Part shown: one piece after another, positions 12,601 through 25,894 of the stretch
Layout: each line of letters opens with the position of its first letter
How positions within the stretch are numbered: position 1 is the stretch's first letter
Notes under the pieces: model-generated
The model's input: only the letters and a program-made list of their open reading frames with translations
What the model was told of the DNA's origin: nothing
The model's database searches: none
Program-made: the position numbers and the translations under genes
From: Stegostoma tigrinum
Taxonomy: Eukaryota
Assembly: GCF_030684315.1 (NCBI RefSeq)
Contig: NC_081377.1
Location: 17,608,001-17,672,000, forward strand
Reading direction: 5' to 3'
Length of the DNA stretch: 64,000 bases

Positions 12601-13599
12601 TCTGCATGGATCAGGAATCCAGTATAATTGGCAGTGGTTTGCTAAATGAAAATTTGCCACTGGGATCTCAAATGTGCTGGATTCAGCAAGCCTTTGGATT
12701 TTACCTAATTTGTGCATTTGCATCGGAGGTTCCAAGAATGGCTTTACTTGAGCATCTGGGGCTCAGTAAAGGCTCAAAATGGTGCGATGTGTGACAAGGT
12801 TCACTGTGGGCCTCCTGAAAAGGTACTTTTCTTTTAATAAACTGAACACGAAAAGTACAGGGCTGGCTCTTCACTGGAACCTGAAGTTGTGTGTGCCCAG
12901 AAAACTTAAAAATCTCATCAGGAAATGTCCAGATGTACAAGCAAGTCACAATAAAATTCAGACTTCAGGCCCCTGGAAAAGGATGGTTTCTTAAAGCCAA
13001 ACATATCCAATGGATTTGCAATAGGTCATGGAAAATGTTGTGACTAATTGAAGATAATGGGCAATAGCTTGGGATGGTGTTCAGGGTTTTGACCACCGGT
13101 TAGAGAGGGATGAGAGCCTACTTGTATGCTCATGTGCCTGGCAATTGCTCAGCATCGATATTTCCTGCTGGATTCCCACCTTGTTTTACTCGATAAGTTC
13201 CAGGAAGCCTAGAAAATCTATACACTCAGAGATAAAGTCAGATTTTTAGCTTTAAACAGTAACTAATGCTCACTTTAAAATTCCAAATATTATGGAGTAT
13301 ATGTACAAAGGAAAAATACACTAATACTTGAATGCACCAGTCATACTGGAGTTCCATTTTCAAGTTTGTAAGATGAGCTAGACCCAAATGTCTCATTTGC
13401 CAGTTTTACCAGACTGCCTTCTGGTCATCCACAGAGATCACTATGTAGAAAGGAACACACTTGAGTTAAAGGTAGAAGTGTGTGTTCATTACAGCTTCGA
13501 CCTAATATTATGGAGTGAGAAAAAATTAATTAATAACCTTGTTGTAATGAACGATTATGGAATAGTAACCATAGTATTACTGAATTTTTCATTGAGTTT

Positions 13600-14997
13600 A
13601 AAACTGATGTAGTTCATTCTGAAACTAGGGTCTTGTATCTAGAGGGCAGTTATAGAGGCATGAGGAAGATGGGGTGGATTGGAAAAATGCCTTAAAACGT
13701 TTTACAATAGATTGACAATATTTAAGTATTAGTGCTTGGTTTTCAAAAAAAAATTCTGTTAAAGCACAAAATAACCATCAGAAAAGGCAAGACAGCATTG
13801 CTAACACAGGAAGATTAGGATAGCATTAGATAAAAGGAGGAGAGTTAAATTTGCCAGATAATGTTATAAGCCAAGGAGGCTAAGAAATTGGTAAAGAAAG
13901 GAAGATTGAAAACAAATTCAAAATATCAAGGATATAAAAGTAGATTATTGATGTCTCCATAAGTATGTAAAACGGAACAGATGAGCAAAGGTAAACATGG
14001 GATAGAAACAGGAGAATTTATAATAGGAACTGAAAATATTAGCAGAGAAGCTCAAGAAGTATCATAGAACCCCTACAGTGTGGAAGCAAGCCATTCAGCC
14101 CATTGAGTCTACACCAACACTCTGAAGAGCATCCCAACCCACTCTCCCACCCCCCATCCGTGTACCTCTGCACTTCACATGGCTCGTCCACCCAGTCTGC
14201 ACATCCCTAAACTCGATGGAGCAATTTAGCATGGCCAATCCACCCAATCTGCACACCTTTGGACTATGGGAGGAAACCGGAGCACCCATAGAAAACCCCT
14301 GCAGACATGGGGAGAATACGCAAGCTCCACACAGACAGTCGTCCAATGGTGGAATTGAATCCAGGCCCCTGGAGCAGTGAAATAGCAGTGCTAACCATTG
14401 AGCTACACCTATCATCACAGAGGAAGATGCAAGCGATCTAGTGAGAGTGTCTAGTGAGAGTATGGAACTGAAATAATGTAATATTAGTAAAAAGTAGAAT
14501 GGAGGAATTAATGGCACTAACAGATGACAAGTCCCTGGGATCTAGTGACCTTTATCAGTGTTGATCAAGATGGCTACAGAAATAGCAGATGCTTTGTTAT
14601 TATCTTTCAAAATTTCATTAATTCTGCAATGGTGCCTGCAAATTGGAAGGGTGCAAATGTAACCCCGGACTTTAAGAAAGGAGGAAGAGAGGACACATGG
14701 AATTGCAGACCTGTTAGCCTGGCAACAGTGGTAGTGAAAATACTCGAATCTATAATACAGGATGTAATTACTGTCCCTTTAAAATAGTCGTCCGATTGGA
14801 TAGAGTCAACATGGATTAATGAAAGGGACATCTTGTTTACAAAACTTGAAGATTTTTGTGGATGTTACAAATAGAATCAATAAGAGAAAATAAGCAGAGG
14901 TATTGCATTTAGGTTTATGGAAGGCCTTTGATCAAGAGAATTAGCAAACAAAGTTAAAGCGCTTTGGATTGAGGATAATATCTTAGCATGGATTGGT
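13600..14997 (+). mobile_element. Degraded CR1 LINE fragment
   Basis: ORF 14524-14787 VPANWKGANVTPDFKKGGREDTWNCRPVSLATVVVKILESII, the typical CR1 ORF2 pre-RT motif. Confidence 0.85.
14062..14409 (-). mobile_element. HE1-type SINE nested in CR1
   Basis: Same body and tail as the other HE1 copies. Confidence 0.88.
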
Positions 14998-15041
14998 CTT
15001 CCAAGTGACTCAGTCGTAGTAGGTTTGTTTAAAGAGTGTTC

Positions 15042-16111
15042 TGTAACTGAATTCGCATAGCTGATTTTGTACCTTTTTACTTTTTCAAGTGCTCCATTTT
15101 AAAAATAAGCAGTAGCAAAGCTTTACTCTTTAACAAAATTAAAGGTTAGTTTGTACACTGTTGATGAAAGATATTAAGTAAAAAGTGATACACATTTCAG
15201 CCAAAATACAGTTACAAAGATTAAACATAAGTACAGGTAAAATATACTTATAAAGACTGAAGTAAGAGCAGACTCAGTTATTGTTGAAGAGAGATAGGTA
15301 GGAACTGCCGATACTGGAGAATCTGAGATTGTGAAGCTGGATGAATACAGCAGGCCATGCAGCATCAGCGGAGCAGGAAAGTTTGACGTTTCGGCTCGAG
15401 ACCCTTCTTCAGAAAGATTCTTGTTGTTGAAGACTTGTCTTGTTTGAAGAACTTTTCTTCCTGAGGGGAAGCAGATGAAACCTTGAAGCCAGAATTCAGC
15501 AGCATGATTGATCTATTAATTGAATAGTTGGAGTTTGTTTCCACAGGTGGAAAAAGCAGAACAGATTTTGAGAGAGTGATTTGAAGGATCTAATGTTGTG
15601 ACCTTCAGTATCCTTGTTCAGCTTAGCAGTCCATTAGCTCGTTTATGCTTCTCTCATCTCTCTCTCGGAAACCCTTTTCCTCTGATGGTGTTTTTCAGAG
15701 TTCCTGGAGTTCTGTTCAAAATAGGCTCTCACAGCCTGCCTTATCCAGATCAAAACTTCAGATGGCTGTTATCCTAAAACTTTGATGAATGATTGTCCCA
15801 CAAACCAAGGTCAGGTTTGCTGGAATTTCCTGTGTTGTTCTTCCAGTCTCCTGTTCTCTCAGAAGCCTTGAATTCTCACAACTTTAAAAGGACCCATTGT
15901 GTGTACAAGGGTGAGTTGAATTCCAAATGTCACCCTTTGTGTTACTTACTGAGATAGTATGTCTCCTGGGCTTTGTTTAGCTGTAATGAATCAACAAGAG
16001 CAGTTAATTGACTTCTGGGAGCCACCTTCTAAGATGCTATGCAAGTTTTAAAAGCCAATTTTAGTTTTCTTTTCAGAACTTGAAGTAATGTAATAACACA
16101 ATTGTGTTACA
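15042..16111. repeat. Possible solo LTR-like repeat
   Basis: TGTAAC..GTTACA inverted termini; no TSD confirmed. Confidence 0.25.
15291..15415 (-). mobile_element. Short PLE terminal-repeat insertion (family A)
   Basis: gtaggaactgccgatactggagaatc..; intact minus-strand core CTGAAGAAGGGTCTCGAGCCGAAACGTC at 15385-15412; imperfect flank duplication ttgttgaaga. Confidence 0.85.
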
Positions 16112-16114
16112 GGT

Positions 16115-17140
16115 GTGTAGAAGGTTACAAATACATAGGCAATATTAAACTGAAAGTAGACCAAATAAATTGACACTTCACCATGAAGGAAGAAATGTCT
16201 AAGGCATTGGACATTAGGAGGGGAGCAGGTGAAATGGTACTGTTTCTGTTCTTGTACAGGAAGTTGAAATGGAAAACATTGTTGGGGACTATTGAACAAT
16301 AAGCCTGAGTGTTGTGCAGTGAATGGTACCTTCAGAATGCTGAAAGAGGAAGGGAAAGGAAGATGAATTGGTAACAGTGTCACACTGGCAACGGCAGAAA
16401 TATTGAAGTATCGTTCATTGACTATGAAGACTAATATGATGGAAGCTGAAGGTAAGGGAAATTCTATGCATCCTAATGTGATTTTGGGCTAGAGGAGAAG
16501 GAATGAGAGCAGAACTGCAGGTAATAGAATGAGCACAATCACAGGAAAAACAGTCAACATGGGTGGGAATTCTTCATTGAAGCAAAAGAAAGCTCTGTTA
16601 AACTTATTTCTTACGTTATATGTCCACATATCAAAAAATATTTTATTATCTGTAAAACATTTAGAGTTGTTCTGCCAGTGGTGAAGGACAGAAGAGAGAT
16701 GTAAGTATTTCTCTTTGTATCTTTTCATGGATGGAAGGTAAAAGGTGACATTGTCAGAATAGATGCAACAGACGCAGAAACTGAAATAACAAAGTGTGAA
16801 GCTGGATGAACACAGCAGCCAAGCAGCATTTCAGGAGCACAAAAGCTGACATTTCGGGCCTAGACCCTTCATCAGCGAGGGGGATGGGGAGAGGGAACTG
16901 AAATAAATAGGGAGAGAGGGGGAGGCGGACCGAAGATGGATAGAGGAGAAGATAGGTGGAGAGGAGAGTATGGGTGGGGAGGTGGGGAGGGCATAGATCA
17001 GTCCAGGGAGGACGGACAGGTCAAGAAACTGAGATGTTGGAACAGAATCCGGATAAGGAACAGATTGGAAGAAAGTGTAATCAAGGAGCTTTTCTGCTCA
17101 AAGTCCACTGCCTCAATCAGTGATGTTAGGTTCAGGCTGC
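16115..17140 (-). mobile_element. Old PLE (Neptune-type) internal fragment, interrupted by younger repeats
   Basis: Minus ORF 16048-16383 resembles the degenerate Cys-linker/FTC region of the PLE at 1690-2640. Confidence 0.45.
16785..17023 (-). mobile_element. PLE 3' UTR plus terminal repeat (family A)
   Basis: Matches 51640-51910; hammerhead core at 16848-16875; TSD agaaactga at 16776-16784 and 17024-17032. Confidence 0.88.
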
Positions 17141-19582
17141 TTCTCTGATAGTCAATGAGTGGCAAAATTAGCAATTTCATCGAATAAATTGGATTTTCAG
17201 CTTTATTCACTTTAATATAAAATCTTCACTTATTGTGCATTCACCACAGTGGAACGGACTATGTTTTCAATTTCTAGTCCATTCTGTTAAATAGGTTACA
17301 ATAGGAGAAAAAATATTTTCCTGATTTTTTTAACACGCATTGTTCTGTGACAAGGTAATCATTTGATGTAATTAAATTCCCATTGCATTTGTAATTGCCA
17401 CAGGTGAAGCTTTTAGTATGATTGCAGGCTTTTATTTACCTATTCATGGGATTTTGAGTGCTGAACAATGGAGGATATTTGTTTCTTACAGATTAACAAC
17501 AGCCATATTAGCTGCTGGTACACAAATTATTTGGGTGCTCAACTCAAAACATGAAGATAAACTTGCACCATTTACAGGATCCATAAGAAAAGTAACATTA
17601 GTTAAGTCAATGATTCTGAAGTTGAGTCTATTTGAGTTTGAACCACTCAAGGTAAAGAATAGTGACTTAAAATGGCATCTTGCTGCTTCGTAAGAGGGAG
17701 GGAGCAAGAGACTGCTTGGGATTAAGATGGTATGCTGTCTGCCAAGTGACCTCAACTGGAGCAACAATTCATCCTTTTCTTTTGTCCTTAGTGTAAATGA
17801 GTTCAAAGAACGCTTTGTGAAATTTGAAGTTATACATGCCTTACTTACAAACATTATATACGTTCTTAAATTTCTAGTTTGTTCAGACTCCAAGTTAGTG
17901 GCTTGAGATCTCTAAAAATGTTAGCAGTGTGCCTTTTGCCAGGCTATTTTTTGCTGCTTAGTCCTCTTTGTTTGTTTTTCGAGAAGCCCTTAGTTTTTTA
18001 CAATTTGTTTGTATATGTTTTTTAATGACTAATACCAAAATATACAAATCCCATCAGAGATCTAAGTACATAAAAATTCATGTGGGATGACTAGATGAAC
18101 AGACCTTGCCAGCATGTTGGTCAACATTCCTTCCTGAATCAGTGTCATGAAAAATAAATAATGCGGTTGATGTCAGTTTGCCTCCAATGGGATATTTTCC
18201 CTGATCTGGCAATGCTGATGTTACCTCCCATAAATAAGAAAGTGGGCATGGATATCATAGGATTGACAAATCAAACAGATGTTTATAGCTAATAGCTTTA
18301 TATACAAACATTGCAATCGCAGGTACATAAATAATGATGTTAATATTAAGTTAATGAATTACAACATTGATGGGTGCTTCCAGTAGAGTGCCATGCTTCA
18401 AGTGATCCGGGGTAGAGGACCCTCAAGTCCCATGCTATGATATAGTGATGATATCATGAGCATGTCTCGAGAAGGCATATTGTCTTATTGACTGTGAAAC
18501 ACAACACAACTCTCCCCTTTTTCCAAACATGATAGCTTGTCTCCAGAAATGTACAAAATTGTACAAGAGCATGTATTGTTAGTTCAATAGTTACACAAAC
18601 AAGTAAAACAGATTTAACAAGAACATTTTAAACTTTACAGTAGTGCTTTAGTAGTCTGACATTTTGTCTAGATTGGTATACCACATCTAAAGAGATCTGT
18701 GTTCTTCTTTGTTACACTTCCCTGATGAATAGCTGCTGGTTGTTGCCTCTCATTGTCACCACACCATCATCATCTCAGTGTTCCTTCTTTATTTTCTTTG
18801 TGTATAGTTTTATTGTGTTGGGCAATAGTTTGAGCTGGCTTCTGTTCCTTTGCAACAGAGCACCACAATCACTAAGGCTTTCCTGCGATCTGCGCTGAAT
18901 GCATATTTTAGAAACCTTCACTGGTATCCAAGTATTTGGATTTCTAACTTGCCTTCTCTGCCCAGTGCTCAGTTTTGGTAGTTCTGTACTTGCTCTCTTA
19001 TTGTGTATCTCTTTCAATTTTTATCACTGAAGAAGAATGACTTGTGTCTTGGAATGATCAGACAATTGGTTTTGGGGTGAGGTCATTCCTACTTGTTTTT
19101 AGCATAAGTTGTGCAGAAGATGGTGATCCCTTCTTCATTGAGAGTGCATGAAAATGCAGCAATACAATATAAAATCTTTCTTTGTTTCTCAACACCTAAT
19201 AACATTTATTTAATAGTATGTTCATACGTTCTGCTAGAGGAAGGGGGGGTAGGGTGATGATGTGTGTCATTTCTACTTAGAATTTATGTCTTTAAATTGA
19301 CAGCGTACTGCAACTCATTGCCAGACACTATCTGATCCAGAATACTGAATAAACTGAAAATAGCATTCTTCATATCAACAATGCTTGTACTTGTGTTGCT
19401 AAATCCTCAAACAATGGGAAATTTAGAGAAGTACTGTACACCTCATGAACTCTGAATAGCTCTGATTTTACTTTAATCCAAGAAATGAATTGGATATTCT
19501 GAGGCTTTAGAGACACCTTTGCCTACTAGAGCTGATTAGCTTGGCAAAAGTCACGTGCAATCATGAGTTTTTGAATATCCTG

Positions 19583-19697
19583 CCTAGGCCGGAAACATCA
19601 GTCTTCCTGCTCTTCTGATGCTGCTTGGCCAGCTGTGTTCATCCAGCTCCACACTTTGTTATCTCAGATTCTCCAGCATCTGCAGTTCCTATTATCT
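19583..19697 (+). mobile_element. Short PLE terminal-repeat insertion nested in Gypsy
   Basis: cctaggccggaaacatcagtc..ctcagattctccagcatctgcagttcctattatc. Confidence 0.88.
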
Positions 19698-20176
19698 CTG
19701 ATGGAGGGCATGTGTCTTGAGCAAACCTGACAGCTGAAATACCTTGTCAGCAGAAATACAAATGCATTGTGAAAACAAATTTAAAAATCTGAGACAACAT
19801 GTCAGATTCTCTTTATCGTATAGGATCACATGGTAAATGAAACAACCCGTACCATCAAAATAGTGTTCTAAATGTTGTAAACTCTTGGGACTCTCCTGCG
19901 AAATGGACAAACTTGTATCCATGCTTCACATCTAGTTTGAAAAATAATTTTGCTCCTGAAAATTAAGCATTTAGTTCTTCCAGCATCAGTATTTTGGGTG
20001 GGCACCTTTTAAGTGGAAGATGAAAGCTCCTTCAGTTAACACTTTTTATATGAGGATAATGACAGAGTTACAACAATCTGTAAGTTGGATGAGTTTCTAA
20101 ATTTTACCATTTTTGTTCAATCGCATCGCTGTCTGCTCGAAGCATCCCTTGAATGTGCAGACTGCACTTCCTTAGA

Positions 20177-20497
20177 GGGCAGCACGGTGGCTCACAGTGT
20201 CAGGGTCCCAGGTTTGATTCCACCCTCAGGTGACTGTTTTTGTGGAGCTTGCATATTCTCCCTGTGTGTGTGTGTGGGTTTCCTTCAGGTGCTCTGGTTT
20301 CCTCCCACAGTCAGAAGATGTACAGGTTAGGTGGTTTGGCCGTGCAAAATTGCCCAGAGTGTCCATGGATGTGAAGGATATGTGGATTAGGCATGGAAAA
20401 TACAGGATTAGGGCAGGGCAAGTGGGATGCTCTTCGGACGTTTGGCGTGGACTCGATGGACAAAATGACTTGCTACCTCACTGTATGGGTTCTACGG
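20177..20497 (+). mobile_element. HE1-type SINE nested in Gypsy
   Basis: gggcagcacggtggctca..ggtttgattcc..ttcctcccacagtc. Confidence 0.85.
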
Positions 20498-22999
20498 AGG
20501 ATCAATCAATGGGATTGCATTAACTTTCACATTGACAATTGCCCAATTTCTGTCTGTACAGTCATTTGAGACTGATTAGATTGGGTCATTTGTGGTCTGT
20601 TCTGCCACCATGAGTGTGGTTTGAATGTGAAACGTTGTGATTATATTGAGATCTGTGTGTAATGGTAATCCTGTCGGTGCTCAACCTTTGTCTATCTACC
20701 AAGTAGAAATTGTCAGGTGTGATTCTACCAGAGAACACAGTTGTTGATCTGTTTTACTCTGTGAGACCCTTTTGTAAGCTGTGCTGGAGTGCACTATATG
20801 GTGAGATATGCAATTTCCATGATGCGTTGTGGTAATAGGTTAGTTTTAGCCTTTGTGTTGATTTTAGCTTTTTGAGTGCACTTTCCTGTCCTTTCAAGAT
20901 GTATGGTAATAATAGTTGTAAAAGTTTCTCATTGCCTTACACTGTTGGCATGGTGTATGAAGTCAACAATATGGAAAGGTTCTTGGTCACTTTCTGAAAT
21001 TTGCCTTTCACTTTATTGTCTCTGAACCACCTTGATGTCTATGCATTTGTGTGCCTTCGTAATGTTTCCTTTGCCAGTGTCATAACATCATCTCAGTTAC
21101 CTGTGTTTTGTTCTGGGGTTTAGCTTAGCCTTTAAATCACATCTTTAAATCACAAATTTAAATCACATGACAGGCAACATTTCTTACTGATTTGTTGGTT
21201 TGGTATGCACACAAAGCATGTAATTACTGTTGATTTTATGCTTGCATCCGTCCTCAAGTACTGCACCAATAGTATGACCCTTTGTCTTGCCTGAAATACC
21301 GTTGCAAAATGTTTTGTCGGTGTGGAAGCAATGACGAACTCACTGAGCCTCTTTGAAAATCATGCCGTTTGCTGTGACATCCCAAGACAAACTGGCCAAT
21401 AGACCCCTGCTATCTGTGTATGAATTGGGGTCTGTCAATGCTAAAGTTAAATTTTACCTTGAGCTAGTCATCAATAAACTTTTAGATCTTTTATGGATCT
21501 TCCTGATCAAACATGAAAGCAATTATATTAACATGTCAACAGCAAGCAAGATTTTTATAGCTCTTTTTCTTGGGAACAGCTTTTACTTGGTATGTAATGT
21601 CGGACCATATTCACTAGTTGAACAGTTAGGTTCAGTCATGATGCCATGGATGCCTAATCCAAATGAGGTTTCCGTTAACCAAGATTCCACCTTAAAAACA
21701 TTGCACTTTACTTCTTTCAGTCATGTGTCCTGACTTTGTCAGTTTACATTTAAAATACCATTTTTTTAATTAACAAGACTTTACAGCTATTGTTTTGAAT
21801 GACTTGCCATTAATAGAGCATTCTAACCTTTCAGACGCCTGTACGAGACTAGACTTGCAATTTGTCTCTGCTCAAAAGTGCTGGTCAGCCTTTATGAATA
21901 ATACCACCTCTGCAGTTTGTTTTGTCTTTAAGGAGCTTACATTTTAATCAAAAACAAAGCTGCTGTATTTTTTTAGTGGTTAATGCCCGTATAGAAATCT
22001 CTCTAGCTGTCTGTATTCATAGAAAGTAATGTTGCTTAAGGATGAAAAACTCTCCCTCTGTCTGACTTCTCCAGTATCCAAGGCTAGTCACCAGTTGGTC
22101 TTCAATCAGTTTTCCAAATATCCACCACAAAAGTATTAGAACTTTTTACGGATGGCCACTGCTACCATCTTGCTATGTGTTTGCCTTCAAATGGGGCTTT
22201 TACCTGATGTGATCATGCTGGTATTACCTCCCAAATAGGAAGTAGGGGTAGATGTCTTGGCATTGAAGAATCCAACAAACATATGTTACAAGCAGCTATC
22301 ATATACAAACATTACACTCCTCAGAGAAACAATTGTCTGGGCAAACATTAAGCTATTAGGTTATAAAAAAAAATGAACATGCTTCAAGTGATCTCAGGTA
22401 AACAGAATTTGAGACCTTTATTCCCTGAGGTCACATGCTTTTCGACAGTGATGATACCATGAGCATTTCTCTTAAATGCACACTGACCATCATACAACAG
22501 CGGTCATCAATTCACTTGCTTGGCAGGCGATCTTACAGAACATTGAGCAGCCAGAAATCTGAAAATTTCATCATCTGAGAAGGACTTAACATATTGCCAG
22601 CCATTTTCATGTTTATGGTTCATTTTTACTGGCAAATTGCAGACAGGGTCAGTTACAAAGAAAGGAAAGTTATCTTGAAATTCCAGAAAGGAACAATTAT
22701 TGAAACAGGAGGTGATATTCCAGTCAAAGAAATACTCCAAGGCAACACATGGTGTAACCGTGTTCATTTGCAAAATATTAAATTCATAAGAAGCCGTCAA
22801 CATTGCCTTTTAAAGAATTGATTGTGAATTTGTTGGCCCTAGTTGAAATGGTCAGTAAATTATTAAGTCTCTATGTCTGAACTAAGAGGATTGACATTGA
22901 TGAGCTTGATTGAAAATTGTTTTAGTCATGGAAATCTGAAACTTATGCTTAATAGGAAAGATTTAGATGGGGAGAAATGTATGTCTGGTTAGAGATTTC

Positions 23000-23665
23000 A
23001 CAGCTACAGAGATTGAGTATTGAGGTTGGTTGGCTCGCTGAGCTGGTTTGTTGTTTAGAAGACGTTTCATTACTGTGCTGGGTAACATCCTCAGTGCAGC
23101 CTCCGATGAAGCATCGGTGTGTTTTCGGGGTCGAGCTCAATGTGTTTATTAATAGCATGTTTCGTGGCGTGCTTTCATGAAGTCGTGGTTCTCCCTGACC
23201 ATGTGGATTGAGTTGAGTGAGTATTGGTCATGTCTTTTTGTAGCCACTTGGTGTTCATGTACTCTCGTTGTTATTTTCCTTCCTGCTTGTATGATGTAGT
23301 GTTTCTTGCAGTCTCTGCAGGGGATTTTGTAGATGACATTGGTCCTGACCATGGCAGGGAGTGGGCCTTTAGATCGAGTGAGCAGTTGTCGTGGGGTTCA
23401 CGTGGGCTTGTGTGCAACTCTGATGCCCAGTGGTCATAGGAGTCTTGTAGTGAGTTCCAATGTGTTCCTGATGTAGGGTAGCATGATGAGTGTGTCGGGG
23501 CGTGTAGACTCTTTCTGATGCTGTTCGTGTATGCATCTTCTGATCTGACCAGTTCTTTGGATATCCATTGTCCTTGAACACTTGGAAGAGGTAATCTTCT
23601 TCCTCATGGCGTAGTTCTATGTTGTTGCAGTGTGTTGTTGCCCATTTAAATAGTGTTTGAACACA
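23000..23665 (-). mobile_element. Penelope/Poseidon-type PLE 3' fragment
   Basis: GIY-YIG remnant NVIYKIPCRDCKKHYIIQAGRKITTRVHEH (ORF 23149-23352), FKDNGYP motif, hammerhead-like core CTGAGGA TGTTAC..GTAAT GAAACGTC at 23061-23094. Confidence 0.85.
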
Positions 23666-24552
23666 TCAGGGTCAGGGCTCACTGCGCTCGGGGACAGAGT
23701 CAGGGCTCACTGTGCTCGGGGTCAGGGTCAGGGTTCACTGTGCTCAGGGTCAGGGTCAGGGCTCAATGCACTCTGGGTCAGGGCTCACTGTGCTCAGGGT
23801 CAAGGTCAGGGTCAGATCTCACTGTGCTTGGGGTCAGGGTCAAGGCTGACTGTGCTCAGGGTCAGGGCTCGCTGTGCTCGGGATCAGGATCAGGGCTCAC
23901 TGTGCTCGGGGTCGGGGATCGCTGTGCTCAGGGCCAGGCTTAGGGCTTGCTGTGCTTGGGGCTGGGGTCAAGGCTCGCTGTTCTTGGGGCTCGGGTCAAG
24001 GCTCACTGTGCTCAGGGTCAGGGCTCGCTGTCCTCGGGATCAGGGTCAGGGCTCACTGTGCTCGGGGTCAGAGCTCGCTGTGCTCAGGGTCAGGGTCAGG
24101 GCTCGCTGTGCTTGGAGTCAGGGCTCACTGTGCTCAGGGTCAGGGCTCACTGTGCTCAGGGTCAGGGCCAGGGCTCACTGTGCTTGGCGTCAGGGCTCGC
24201 TGTGCTCAGGGTCAGGGTCAGTGCTTACTGTGCTCGGGGTCAGGGCTCGCTGTGCTCAGGGTCAGGGTCAGGGCTTACTGTGCTCGGGGTCAGGGCTCGC
24301 TGTGCTCAGGGTCAGGGTCAGGGCTCGCTGTGCTCGGGGCCAGGGTTAGGGCTTGCTGTGCTCGGGGCCGGGGTCAAGGCTCGCTGTGCTTGGGGCTCAG
24401 GTCAGGGCTCGCTGTGCTCGGGATCAGGGCCAGGGTCAGGGCTCACTGTGTTCTGGGTCAGGGCTCACTGTGCTCGGGGTCAGGATCAGGTCTCGCTGTG
24501 CTTAGCGTCGGGGGTCACTGTACTCAGGGTTAGGGATCACTGTTCTCGGTTC
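23666..24552 (+). repeat. G-rich minisatellite, 22/28-bp units GGGTCA(GGGTCA)GGGCTC(A/G)CTGTGCTC(A/G)
   Basis: Roughly 35 imperfect tandem units visible directly. Confidence 0.97.
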
Positions 24553-25320
24553 AGCACCCTTGATATCTCTCCCTGCCCCAATCAACAGCAGGAGGATGGT
24601 GTTGATTCACAGCAGGCCCCACATTCCAGGTGACTCGTGTCTTTGAAAAGGGTCCCCTCACCCGCATCCTCTGCCACTGGAAACCAGAACATTACCTCAA
24701 AAGTGTTTGGTTTTCAGGCTTCCAGCCATGACTGCTGAGTGAATGATTCAGTAGCAGCAGGAGATGAAGCCTATCCACAACTTTCCCACTCAAGATTTAA
24801 TCAGGGCAGAAATAGGACGACAGCGGGTTCACATTACCAGTTTACCAGGAGATCGAATTGAATCCCACTCATTAAGTATGTATACACAGCCGTCACAGCT
24901 GCATTTCTGATTAATATTCTTGTGCGTTCTGTAAATGTTATATATGGATTCCAAATGGCCAGGTTTGGTTTTGACATTTGATGTCCTTCATTAAATTTTA
25001 TAAAGTTTCCAATGGTTCTGAGTGGTTCCTCAGTGTAATGCAATTCAGTATTGGAACCCAAAAAGGAAAACAGATTAAAATAAAAGAAACTAGTGACTTT
25101 TGACATCTAATGTGTAATGTCAAAAGGGAGCATACAGTTTGCTTTGGGATACACTCTTAGCTTGACGATTTTAGCTGAGCATTTGTGTTTACAAATCATG
25201 ATGAAACTAAGAATATAAATGTGCCAGATGAAAATAGGGGTGATATCCATTCGAGGTAAATGTGGAAAAGGATGTGGTTCCAAAAACAGTTTGCTGAACT
25301 TGCTGGATAAACCATGAACC

Positions 25321-25450
25321 ATCTTAGGAGCACAAAAGCTGACGTTTTGGGCCTAGACCCTCCTAAGATGCTGCTTGGCCTGCTGTGTTCATCCAGCTCT
25401 ACACTTTGTTATCTCGGATTCTCCAGCATCTGCAATTCCTATTATCTCAG
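25321..25450. mobile_element. Short inverted PLE terminal-repeat insertion (family A)
   Basis: Truncated inverted arm tcttaggagcacaaaagctgacg joined to cctaagatgctgcttggcc..tail; imperfect duplication ataaaccat/ataagccat. Confidence 0.82.
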
Positions 25451-25894
25451 AATAAGCCATTAGTTTGTCATGGAATATATTCCAACTCATAATGAAAGGA
25501 GTCTGCAGCTTGGATATAACTCCTCAACTTTCTCAGATGAGCACCTGGAGGGTAGCTAATCACTCACCAAAGGACAGAAAGATAACCTAAGTATCAGCAG
25601 GCAAGTTAGCTTACGGATCAGTTGTGGCAAACTCTACAAACCCAAATTTCAAAATCAGTGTGTTTAAAACCTCAGAAAGTAGTAAATGATAGCCACCATG
25701 GGTTTAACAAAGGGAAACAATATTGGATTTCTTTACCGCACAAGAACTGTCAATAAAGGGCATGTAGTAGTTGTAGTATCTAAAAGTTTTACACAGTTAG
25801 ATAATTTATATAAGCAGAAGTATCAATGTGAAGAAAGAATAGAGGTGATCTACATTGATATGGCTACTAGCCTGACATTTAGGAAAGGGCCTTT

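Larger units (their letters stand above)
18168..22499 (-). mobile_element. Ancient Ty3/Gypsy LTR retrotransposon, two LTRs, internally deleted
   Basis: LTRs 18168-18506 and 22171-22499 with TG..CA ends; TSD GCGGT at 18163-18167 and 22500-22504; PBS tggtagcag (iMet-like) at 22159-22167; PPT aaaaaggggaga at 18511-18522. Minus-strand remnants: PR KAKINTKAKTNLLP (~20833-20872), RT KLFFKLDVKHGY and EFTTFRT (~19862-19950), INT ILDQIVSGNELQY (~19302-19343) and LQRNRSQLK (ORF 18775-19017). Confidence 0.9.

Noticed and set aside
17492-17651. Exon-like segment (tttcttacag..AAG|gtaaag)
   Set aside because: No DLGAP similarity, and a stop in the phase required by the downstream exon.
23666-24552. CRISPR-like array or functional RSS cluster
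   Set aside because: No unique spacers, eukaryotic context, and no RSS nonamer at 12/23 spacing.
23653-24633. Four long overlapping ORFs (up to 230 aa)
   Set aside because: Artefact of a stop-poor minisatellite whose 22/28-bp units cycle through all frames.
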